Notes under the pieces: model-generated | What the model was told of the DNA's origin: nothing | Databases searched by the model: none | Seen by the model: the letters and a program-made list of their open reading frames with translations, nothing else | Assembly (NCBI GenBank): GCA_035308445.1 | Contig: DATGGQ010000029.1 | Location: 33,244 to 97,243 of the forward strand | Direction: 5' to 3' | Origin: Candidatus Limnocylindrales bacterium | GTDB taxonomy: Bacteria; Chloroflexota; Limnocylindria; Limnocylindrales; CSP1-4 | DNA length: 64,000 bases | Shown here: piece after piece, positions 57,563-64,000 of the stretch | How the letters are laid out: each line of letters opens with the position of its first letter | Numbering within the stretch: position 1 is the stretch's first letter | Made by a program: the position numbers and the translations under genes

Positions 57563-58344
57563 AGGTCGTCCACGGCGTCGAGGCGCTCGAGCCCGCCGAC
57601 GGGCGCCTCTTCGTCGTCGTCGGGGTGTTCGACGGCCTCCATGTCGGGCACGCCTATCTCCTCGACGAGCTTCGGAAGGCCGCGATTCAGGCCGGGGCCC
57701 GACCGGCTGTCATCACCTTCGACCACCATCCCGACGAGGTCATCAGGGGGGCCGCGCCGCCACTCCTCTGCGATCCCGAGGAGCGCCTCGAGCGCCTGCA
57801 GATGGCGGGGGTCGAGGTCACCGTCGTCCAGACCTTCGACGTCGCCCTGCGCATGACGCCGTTCGAGGCATTCGTGCGGCGGATCGCCGACCGGGTCGAT
57901 CTCGCCGGCGTCCTGATGACGCCGGAGTCGGCGTTCGGCCACGACCGCGGCGGCACGCCGGAGACCGTGGCGGCCCTGGGTCGAACGCTCGGCTACGACG
58001 TGGTCGTCGTGCCCCAGTTCGAGCTCGACGGTCGGCCGGTTCGGAGCTCGGACATCCGGGCGGCGATCGCGACCGGGGACCTTCGGGAAGCCGAGCACCT
58101 GCTGGGCCGCCCGATGTCGGTCGTCGGCGAGGTCTCGCGGGCCCTTCGGGATGCCACGGTGCTGGGCTTCGGGCTGCCGGTCGTCCTGCCACCCGCCGGC
58201 CGCTACGAAGCTGTCGTGACGTCGCCCGGCGGCGCGATTCGAGAGCGCACCATCGAGGTCGACGGCACGATCCTCCAGATCACGCCGGCCATTCCGGCTC
58301 GGGTCGGGGACCGCCTCGTCGTGTCGCCGCGGGGGCCCGCCTGA
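57559..58344 (+). CDS. ribF: FAD synthetase RibF-like (FMN adenylyltransferase domain intact; C-terminal riboflavin-kinase domain short and degenerate)
   Basis: [17 protein letters not shown] nucleotidyltransferase motif. Only 261 aa versus the usual ~310. The kinase region lacks the GxxRGR..GFPTAN signature (reads [15 protein letters not shown]). Confidence 0.75.
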   Translation: MKVVHGVEALEPADGRLFVVVGVFDGLHVGHAYLLDELRKAAIQAGARPAVITFDHHPDEVIRGAAPPLLCDPEERLERLQMAGVEVTVVQTFDVALRMTPFEAFVRRIADRVDLAGVLMTPESAFGHDRGGTPETVAALGRTLGYDVVVVPQFELDGRPVRSSDIRAAIATGDLREAEHLLGRPMSVVGEVSRALRDATVLGFGLPVVLPPAGRYEAVVTSPGGAIRERTIEVDGTILQITPAIPARVGDRLVVSPRGPA

Positions 58345-58377
58345 TCGTCGTCGCGTGCGCGATCACGGTTCGACTGC

Positions 58378-58383
58378 TATCCT
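58378..58383 (+). promoter_or_regulatory. Putative -10 box TATCCT upstream of rpsO
   Basis: GCTATCCTCCGCCGG; the same TATCCTCC core as at rpsF and the LCP gene. Confidence 0.3.
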
Positions 58384-58442
58384 CCGCCGGTCTAAGTTTC
58401 AAGATTCAGGAACCAACGAACACGTTCGTGTCGGAGGACCGA

Positions 58443-58712
58443 GTGCCGCTCGCGCCTGCAGGCAAGCAGGAGATCATCACCGAGTACGCCATCATCGATG
58501 GCGACACGGGCTCGCCGGAAGTCCAGATCGCCCTCCTCACGGAGCGGATCCGAGGGCTGACCGAGCATCTCCGCAGCTTTCCCAAGGACAACCATTCGCG
58601 TCGCGGCCTCCTCAAGCTCGTCGGTCAGCGCCGGCGCCTGCTCGCGTATCTCGTGAAGAAGGACGCCACGCGCTACCGGGCCGTCATCGGACGGCTCGGA
58701 CTTCGCCGCTAG
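58443..58712 (+). CDS. rpsO: 30S ribosomal protein S15
   Basis: KQEIITEYA...[17 protein letters not shown]....KD.HSRRGLL..V..RRRLL.YL. GTG at 58443 with GGAGG 5 nt upstream is preferred over the track start 58428. Confidence 0.85.
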   Translation: MPLAPAGKQEIITEYAIIDGDTGSPEVQIALLTERIRGLTEHLRSFPKDNHSRRGLLKLVGQRRRLLAYLVKKDATRYRAVIGRLGLRR

Positions 58713-58715
58713 CCC

Positions 58716-58808
58716 GCACCAGCGAGCCCGGGTGCGCCCGGGCGGTGCCGCAGGCCAGCTCGTAGATCGGCCCGCACACAGGTCGGCGCCTCCTCCGCGA
58801 CCAGGAGG
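58716..58808 (+). promoter_or_regulatory. rpsO-pnp intercistronic leader: stem-loop GCACC..CCCGGG-tgcg-CCCGGG..GGTGC (58716-58748), then anti-SD CCTCCTCC (58789-58796) able to pair with the pnp SD AGGAGG (58803-58808)
   Basis: Inverted repeats read directly. The architecture matches the RNase III-processed, PNPase-autoregulated pnp leader known in other bacteria. Confidence 0.45.
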
Positions 58809-58819
58809 AAACCAACTTC

Positions 58820-61411
58820 GTGTCCACCATCGTGGAGACCCAGCTTCGTGGCCGCACGGTCACGATCGAGACCGGCAAGCTCGCGATGCTCGCCGGCGGC
58901 TCCGTCACCGTCCGTCTCGGTGACACCGTCGTGCTCGGCACGGCGAATCGCTCCGACCCGAGGCCCGGGCTCGACTTCTTCCCGCTCACGGTCGACTTCG
59001 AGGAGCGGATGTACGCCGCGGGCAAGATCCCGGGCGGCTTCATCAAGCGCGAGGGCCGTAGCAGCGAGGGTGCCATCCTCGCCGCGCGCCTGACCGACCG
59101 GCCGATCCGTCCGCTCTTCCCCGACGGCTACAAGGACGATGTCCAGGTCGTGATCACGGTCCTCTCGACCGATCAGCAGAACGATCCCGACGTCCTCGGC
59201 ACGGTGGCCGCCTCGGCCGCGCTGACCCTCAGCGAGATCCCGTTCCTCGGCCCGGTCGGCGCGGTTCGCGTCGGCCGCGTGGACGGCGAGCTCATCGCCA
59301 ACCCGACATTCGACGAGCTCAAGGAGTCGGACCTCGACCTGATCGTCTCGGGCACCCGGGACGCGATCATGATGGTCGAGGCGGGCGCGAAGCTCCTGCC
59401 CGAGGACGTCATGGCCGAGGCCATCCTCTTCGGCCACCGGGCCCTCCAGCCCCTGATCGACATCCAGGAGGACCTGCAGAAGCAGGTCGGCAAGGCCAAG
59501 AAGACCGGCTACCTCGAGCCGGGGACCGACTCGGTGCTGGCGTTCGTCGACGCGTTCGAGTCCGGCAAGGACCTCGTCGTCGTCGACGTCGAGACCACGG
59601 GTGTCGACACCTCGCTGGCCGATCTCGTCGAGGTTGCCGGCGTCCGGATCCGGAAGGGCAAGATCGCCGACCGCTGGTCGAGCCTCGTCAAGCCCGCCCG
59701 CCCGATCGTCGGCCACCAGCTCCACGGGCTGACCGATGCCGACGTCGCGAAGGCGCCGTCCGCGGCCGTGGCCGCCGGGCAGCTGCTCGAATGGGCCGGT
59801 GACGCGACGCTCGTCGGCCACAACGTCGGGTTCGACCTCGGGTTCATCGCCGAGGCCATCGGCGGCCGCGAGTTCGCCGCGGGCACCTACCTCGACACGC
59901 TCGTGCTGGCTCGCGACGGGTATCCGACGGGCCCCGACGCCTACAAGCTGACCGACCTCTCGCGATTCTTCGGGATCGAGCTCCAGGCCAACCATCGGGC
60001 CGCGCCCGACGCCGAGGCCACGGCCGAGCTCGTGCTGAAGATCGGCGCGGACCTGCCGGGCCGGATCAAGGCCCTGAAGGCCGGCATCGCCGACTCGATC
60101 CGCCAGCAGAAGGCGGACCCGGCGAAGGCCAAGGCGACCTTCGAGGCGGCGCGCCGGACGGCGCGCGTGAGCAAGAGCCTCTCCGGGCTCGTCCACAAGA
60201 AGGTCGTCCGCGCGCTCGTCCTCGGTGAGGGCGTCAGGATGGACGGCCGCGCGCTCGACGAGATCCGGCCGATCTCCGTCGAGGTCGGGCTGCTGCCGCG
60301 AGCCCACGGCTCCGGCCTCTTCACCCGCGGCCAGACCCAGGCGCTGACGATCGCCACGCTCGGGCCGTCATCGGACGTCCAGCGGATCGACACGATCAGC
60401 CCGGAGACCGAGAAGCGCTACATCCATCACTACAATATGCCGCCCTACAGCACCGGCGAGAACAAGCCGATGCGAGGTCCCGGGCGGCGCGAGATCGGTC
60501 ACGGCAACCTGGCCGAGCGGGCCCTCGTCCCGGTGCTTCCGAGCGCCGAGGAGTTCCCGTACGTGATCCGGCTCGTGTCGGAGTGCGTGACGTCGAACGG
60601 CTCGACCTCGATGGCCTCGACCTGCGGCTCGACGCTCGCCCTGATGGACGCCGGCGTGCCGATCAAGGCACCGGTCGCCGGCGCGGCGATGGGGCTCGTC
60701 ATGGAGGCCGATGGCACGTTCGCGGTCCTGACCGACATCCTCGGCAAGGAGGATGCGTTCGGGGACATGGACTTCAAGGTCACCGGGACCCGCGACGGGA
60801 TCACCGCGCTCCAGATGGACATCAAGGTCCGGGGCATCAGCGAGGCCGTCATCCGGCAGGGGCTCTCGAAGGCCCTGACCGCCCGTCTGGCGATCCTCGA
60901 CAAGATGGTGGCGGTCCTGCCCGAGGCGCGCGAGGAGATGTCCTCCTTCGCGCCGCGGATCATCACGATCAAGATCAACCCCGAGAAGATCCGGGACATC
61001 ATCGGCAAGGGTGGCTCGATGATCCGGAAGATCCAGGAGGAGACGGGCACCGAGATCAACGTCGAGGACGACGGCACGGTCGAGATCGCCGCGGTGAGCG
61101 GCGAGAACTCGCGCAAGGCGATCAACTGGATCGAGAGCCTGACGCGCGAGGTCGAGATCGGCGCCCTGTACCTGGGCAAGGTCACCCGGATCATGTCCTT
61201 CGGGGCGTTCGTCGAGATCCTGCCGGGCAAGGAAGGCCTCGTCCGGATCGGCGAGCTCGCCGACTACCACGTTCCGACCGTCGAGGACGTCGTGTCTGTC
61301 GGCGACGAGGTGATGGTCGTGGTCATCGAGGTCGACCGGCAGGGCCGGATCAACCTCAGCCGGAAGGCCGCGATGCAGCGCCACCTGGCGAAGGAGCCGG
61401 TCGCCGGCTGA
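58820..61411 (+). CDS. pnp: Polyribonucleotide nucleotidyltransferase (PNPase) with an inserted DEDDh (DnaQ/Orn/RNase T-like) 3'-5' exonuclease domain (about aa 250-420) inside the alpha-helical linker domain
   Basis: PH1 (FFPLTVDFEERMYAAGKIPGGF), PH2 (LPRAHGSGLFTRGQTQAL...), KH and S1 are all present. An extra ~170 aa carries Exo I VVVDVETTG, Exo II LVGHNVGFDLGFI and Exo III HRAAPDAEATAEL, and aligns along its length with DnaQ epsilon. Confidence 0.9.
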   Translation: MSTIVETQLRGRTVTIETGKLAMLAGGSVTVRLGDTVVLGTANRSDPRPGLDFFPLTVDFEERMYAAGKIPGGFIKREGRSSEGAILAARLTDRPIRPLFPDGYKDDVQVVITVLSTDQQNDPDVLGTVAASAALTLSEIPFLGPVGAVRVGRVDGELIANPTFDELKESDLDLIVSGTRDAIMMVEAGAKLLPEDVMAEAILFGHRALQPLIDIQEDLQKQVGKAKKTGYLEPGTDSVLAFVDAFESGKDLVVVDVETTGVDTSLADLVEVAGVRIRKGKIADRWSSLVKPARPIVGHQLHGLTDADVAKAPSAAVAAGQLLEWAGDATLVGHNVGFDLGFIAEAIGGREFAAGTYLDTLVLARDGYPTGPDAYKLTDLSRFFGIELQANHRAAPDAEATAELVLKIGADLPGRIKALKAGIADSIRQQKADPAKAKATFEAARRTARVSKSLSGLVHKKVVRALVLGEGVRMDGRALDEIRPISVEVGLLPRAHGSGLFTRGQTQALTIATLGPSSDVQRIDTISPETEKRYIHHYNMPPYSTGENKPMRGPGRREIGHGNLAERALVPVLPSAEEFPYVIRLVSECVTSNGSTSMASTCGSTLALMDAGVPIKAPVAGAAMGLVMEADGTFAVLTDILGKEDAFGDMDFKVTGTRDGITALQMDIKVRGISEAVIRQGLSKALTARLAILDKMVAVLPEAREEMSSFAPRIITIKINPEKIRDIIGKGGSMIRKIQEETGTEINVEDDGTVEIAAVSGENSRKAINWIESLTREVEIGALYLGKVTRIMSFGAFVEILPGKEGLVRIGELADYHVPTVEDVVSVGDEVMVVVIEVDRQGRINLSRKAAMQRHLAKEPVAG

Positions 61412-61433
61412 TCCGTTCGGACCGCAGACAGGC

Positions 61434-61462
61434 GAAGACCCCGGCCGACGGCCGGGGTCTTC
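61434..61462 (+). terminator. Terminator-like hairpin GAAGACCCCGGCC-gac-GGCCGGGGTCTTC 22 nt after the pnp stop
   Basis: Perfect 13-bp inverted repeat followed by TTCCGATTCG (weak U-tract). Confidence 0.6.
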
Positions 61463-61764
61463 CGATTCGCAAGGCTCGCGCGGCCGTGCATGGGCGGGGG
61501 ATGGCCGAGCTCGAGGATCCGGCGGTGGCGTGTCTGCCAACGGAATCCCAGGCGGTCGTGCTGCGACCGTCGGGCCCCGGGTGCGGTCCCTCGCCGAACG
61601 AGTCCCGGCCGACTGCTTGTCGTCGGCACGGGGATGCGGGCATCGGGCAGAAGCTTCGTGTCCCGTGACCGCCTCGGAGTCGTTTGTCAGGACCGCCGGT
61701 GCGGGCGGACGACCCGGCCGGAGCGATCAGCCGTCGGTGCCGGCGGACGGCCCGGTCGGAGGCG

Positions 61765-62418
61765 TCAGGCCGCCACGGCGGCCTCCGGCGCGACGTGGGC
61801 GGTGATCGCCAGCATGTTGCCGTCGGGGTCGTCGAAGAACGCGAGCCACTCCTCGACGCCGGTGGCGTCGTGCTTGAAGATCATGTGCGGCGCCTGCCTG
61901 AAGTCGATGCCCCGCCCGGTGAGCTCGGCATGGGCCGCATGGATATCCGGGACGAGGAAGTACAGGACCGAGCTTGGCCGCCACTTCTCGTCGCCGACGG
62001 CGTGGATGTAGAGGCGGACGCCGCCACAGTCGAAGAACACGAGGTCGCCGAACCGGAAGACCTCGGGCAGCTTCAGGACGTCGCGGTACCACGCCTCGGT
62101 CGCGGCAGCGTCGCGGGCGTAGAGGGAGACCTGGCCCAGCGGGCCGAGTTGGACCGGTTCGGACATGGTTCGGCCCCTCCTCGAGGCCATGGCGCTAGTC
62201 GACGGGAAGCCGGGCCAGGCGCGCAGGGCGGTCGTGCCCTCCACGCCGAGCTTGCCGGCGATGTTCCGCAGGTGGTAGCGAACGCCGTACTCGCTGATGC
62301 CCCGCATCGCCGCGATCGTTCGGCGAGTGAGGCCGTGGCGGTACATGTCGAGCACGGACCACTCGGTCGGCGTCAGGACGTCCGGGTGCGGCGGCCGGCC
62401 TCGGGATCGACGTGCCAT
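61765..62418 (-). CDS. LuxR/GerE-type HTH domain (N-terminal) fused to a VOC/glyoxalase-bleomycin-resistance domain; possible internal start for a stand-alone VOC protein at 62166
   Basis: LTPTEWSVLDMYRHGLTRRTIAAMRGISEYGVRYHLRNIAGKLGV matches the GerE HTH. The C-terminal half (VSLYARDAAATEAWYRDVLKL...VRLYIHA...GNMLAI) is a VOC fold. An in-frame ATG at 62166 is preceded by GAGGAGGGG. Confidence 0.7.
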   Translation of the reverse strand: MARRSRGRPPHPDVLTPTEWSVLDMYRHGLTRRTIAAMRGISEYGVRYHLRNIAGKLGVEGTTALRAWPGFPSTSAMASRRGRTMSEPVQLGPLGQVSLYARDAAATEAWYRDVLKLPEVFRFGDLVFFDCGGVRLYIHAVGDEKWRPSSVLYFLVPDIHAAHAELTGRGIDFRQAPHMIFKHDATGVEEWLAFFDDPDGNMLAITAHVAPEAAVAA

Positions 62419-62490
62419 GGCGGCAGCCTAACGGGGGCGGGGGCGATTTTCCCTCCCCCCGTCGGGGACGGTCCGGGAGTGGGCCGCTGG

Positions 62491-62496
62491 TATACT
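62491..62496 (+). promoter_or_regulatory. Putative -10 box TATACT upstream of asd
   Basis: CTGGTATACTCGCCGCC in the divergent intergenic region. Confidence 0.3.
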
Positions 62497-62543
62497 CGCC
62501 GCCGTGCCCGGATGACCTCGAAGCCCTGCGGAGCCATGCCCGG

Positions 62544-63668
62544 ATGAACCAGCGAAGATCCCTCCGCATCGCCGTCGTCGGTGCCACCGGCCTGGTGGGC
62601 CGGACGATGATCCAGGTGCTGTCCGAGCACGGGCACGACCCGCAGGCCCTCCTGCTGCTGACGTCCGCTCGATCGGCCGGCCAGGTCGTGGCGCTCCCGG
62701 GCGAGGCGACCGCCACCTGCCGCGAGGCGACCGCCGAGGCCTTCGAGGACGTCGACGTCGCGCTGTTCAGCGCCGGGGCGGGAGTCTCCCGCGAGCTCGC
62801 CCCGCGGGCGGTGGAGCGAGGCGCGACCGTCATCGACAACTCGAGCGCGTGGCGGATGGATCCCGCGGTGCCGCTCGTCGTCCAGCAGGTCAACCCCGAC
62901 GACCTCGAGGCCCACGAAGGGATCATCGCGAACCCGAACTGCTCGACGATGCAGCTCGCGCCGGTCCTGATGGCCCTCCGGGACGCCGTCGGGCTCGAGC
63001 GCGTGATCGTCGACACGTACCAGTCCGTCTCGGGCACCGGCGCGGAGGCGGTGGCCGAGCTCGAGGCTCAGGTCGCGGCTCACGTCGCGGGGGCGGCGAT
63101 GACGGCCTCGATCTACCCCCATCCGATCGCCTTCAACGCCCTCCCGGAGATCGACGTCTTCCGGGAAGACGGCTACTCCCAGGAGGAGTGGAAGGTCGTC
63201 CAGGAGAGCCGCAAGATCCTCCACCTGCCCGACCTGGCCGTGTCCTGCACGGCCGTCCGCGTCCCGGTGTTCGTCGGCCACTCCGAGGCCGTCCACGTGG
63301 AGACGAGGCGACCGATCAGCCCGGCCCAGGCGCGGGAGCTGTTGACGGCCGTGCCGGGCGTGGTCATCCGCGACGATCCGAGCGCCCACGAGTACCCGCT
63401 CGCAGCCGACGCTGCCGGAACCGACGACATCGTCGTCGGCCGGATCCGGCGCGATGCCTCCCTGCCCGAGGGACTCGGGCTCGCCATGTGGATCGTCGCC
63501 GATAACGTCCGCGTCGGCGCGGCCACGAACGCCGTCGGCCTCGCGGAGACCCTCGTGACGCGCGGCTGGGTCGTGCCTCGCAGCCGGCGCGAGACGAAGG
63601 TCGAGACGGCCGCCGCCCGGCGCGCGCGGAAGCCCTCCACGCCCGTCGCCGAGAGCGTGGCTCGTTGA
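62544..63668 (+). CDS. asd: Aspartate-semialdehyde dehydrogenase
   Basis: IAVVGATGLVGR, catalytic NPNCST, basic C-terminal tail. The track start 62412 is upstream read-through. Confidence 0.9.
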   Translation: MNQRRSLRIAVVGATGLVGRTMIQVLSEHGHDPQALLLLTSARSAGQVVALPGEATATCREATAEAFEDVDVALFSAGAGVSRELAPRAVERGATVIDNSSAWRMDPAVPLVVQQVNPDDLEAHEGIIANPNCSTMQLAPVLMALRDAVGLERVIVDTYQSVSGTGAEAVAELEAQVAAHVAGAAMTASIYPHPIAFNALPEIDVFREDGYSQEEWKVVQESRKILHLPDLAVSCTAVRVPVFVGHSEAVHVETRRPISPAQARELLTAVPGVVIRDDPSAHEYPLAADAAGTDDIVVGRIRRDASLPEGLGLAMWIVADNVRVGAATNAVGLAETLVTRGWVVPRSRRETKVETAAARRARKPSTPVAESVAR

Positions 63669-64000
63669 CCCCGGAGGAACGACGCCGCGAGCTCGACGCG
63701 ATCGCCGCGGAGGTCCGTGCCTGCACCCGCTGTCGCCTCCACGCGACGCGGATGAACGCCGTTCCCGGGGAGGGCGAGCCCGAGACGGAGGTCGTCTTCG
63801 TCGGCGAAGGACCCGGGTTCAACGAGGACCGCCTCGGCCGGCCGTTCGTCGGCCGGGCCGGAGACCTGCTCGTCAAGCTGCTTGCCGCGCTCGGCTGGCG
63901 GCGGAGCGAGGTGTTCATCACGAACGTCGTGAAGTGCCGGCCACCCGAGAACCGCGATCCGGAGCCCGATGAGATCGCGGCCTGCCTGCCGTACCTGCGG
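63665..64000 (+). CDS. Family-4 uracil-DNA glycosylase (Fe-S, SPO1-polymerase-related UDG); 3' end beyond the window
   Basis: CTRCRLHATR...VPGEGEP...VVFVGEGPGFNEDRLGRPFVGRAGDLL; TTGA overlap with the asd stop. Confidence 0.8.
   Translation, partial: MTPEERRRELDAIAAEVRACTRCRLHATRMNAVPGEGEPETEVVFVGEGPGFNEDRLGRPFVGRAGDLLVKLLAALGWRRSEVFITNVVKCRPPENRDPEPDEIAACLPYLR

Noticed and set aside
61463-61764. tRNA, sRNA or protein gene in the 300-nt gap after pnp (track ORF 61490..62011)
   Set aside because: No tRNA-like T-arm or acceptor features. The ORF has junk composition and runs antisense into the LuxR-VOC gene. Only the direct repeats are kept as a finding.
1-64000. CRISPR arrays, IS elements, integrases, rRNA genes
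   Set aside because: No regularly spaced repeats, no transposase- or integrase-like ORFs, and no rRNA-like conserved stretches were seen. The window appears to be entirely core chromosome.

Overview
This window is a high-GC (roughly 70% or more by eye) chromosomal core segment, almost entirely coded on the + strand and densely packed with housekeeping genes in a Firmicutes/Actinobacteria-like order. In order, the conserved gene runs are: rpsF-ssb-rpsR; a DUF81/DUF1634/Ca-cation-antiporter transporter trio; ilvE; a convergent LCP gene; ileS-lspA-rluD-gmk-priA; def-fmt-rlmN-rpe-dtd; rpmB (minus); asp23-yloV-recG-rsmD-coaD; yceD-rpmF-plsX-asp23-nusB-acpP-rnc-smc-ftsY-(lipoprotein)-ffh-(large exported protein)-rpsP-KH-rimM-trmD-rplS-rnhB-yraN; rpsB-tsf-pyrH-frr-uppS-cdsA-dxr-rseP-ispG; nusA-ylxR-infB-rbfA-nrnA-truB-ribF-rpsO-pnp; a LuxR-HTH/VOC gene (minus); asd; and a partial family-4 UDG. 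I found no rRNA, tRNA, CRISPR array or mobile element. The very long antisense ORFs in the six-frame track are GC-bias artefacts. The most striking observation is that pnp encodes an 863-aa PNPase carrying a complete DnaQ/Orn-like DEDDh 3'-5' exonuclease domain inserted inside its alpha-helical linker domain. Other observations are a T-run intrinsic terminator (attenuator) in the nusA leader, a recurring TAT(A/C)CT -10 box with leaderless start geometry, an SD-sequestering hairpin in the pnp leader, and several odd domain architectures: a LuxR-HTH+VOC fusion, Rpe with a C-terminal extension, LCP with an N-terminal multipass domain, and RibF with a degenerate kinase domain. A probable frameshifted membrane-protein gene sits where rimP normally lies.
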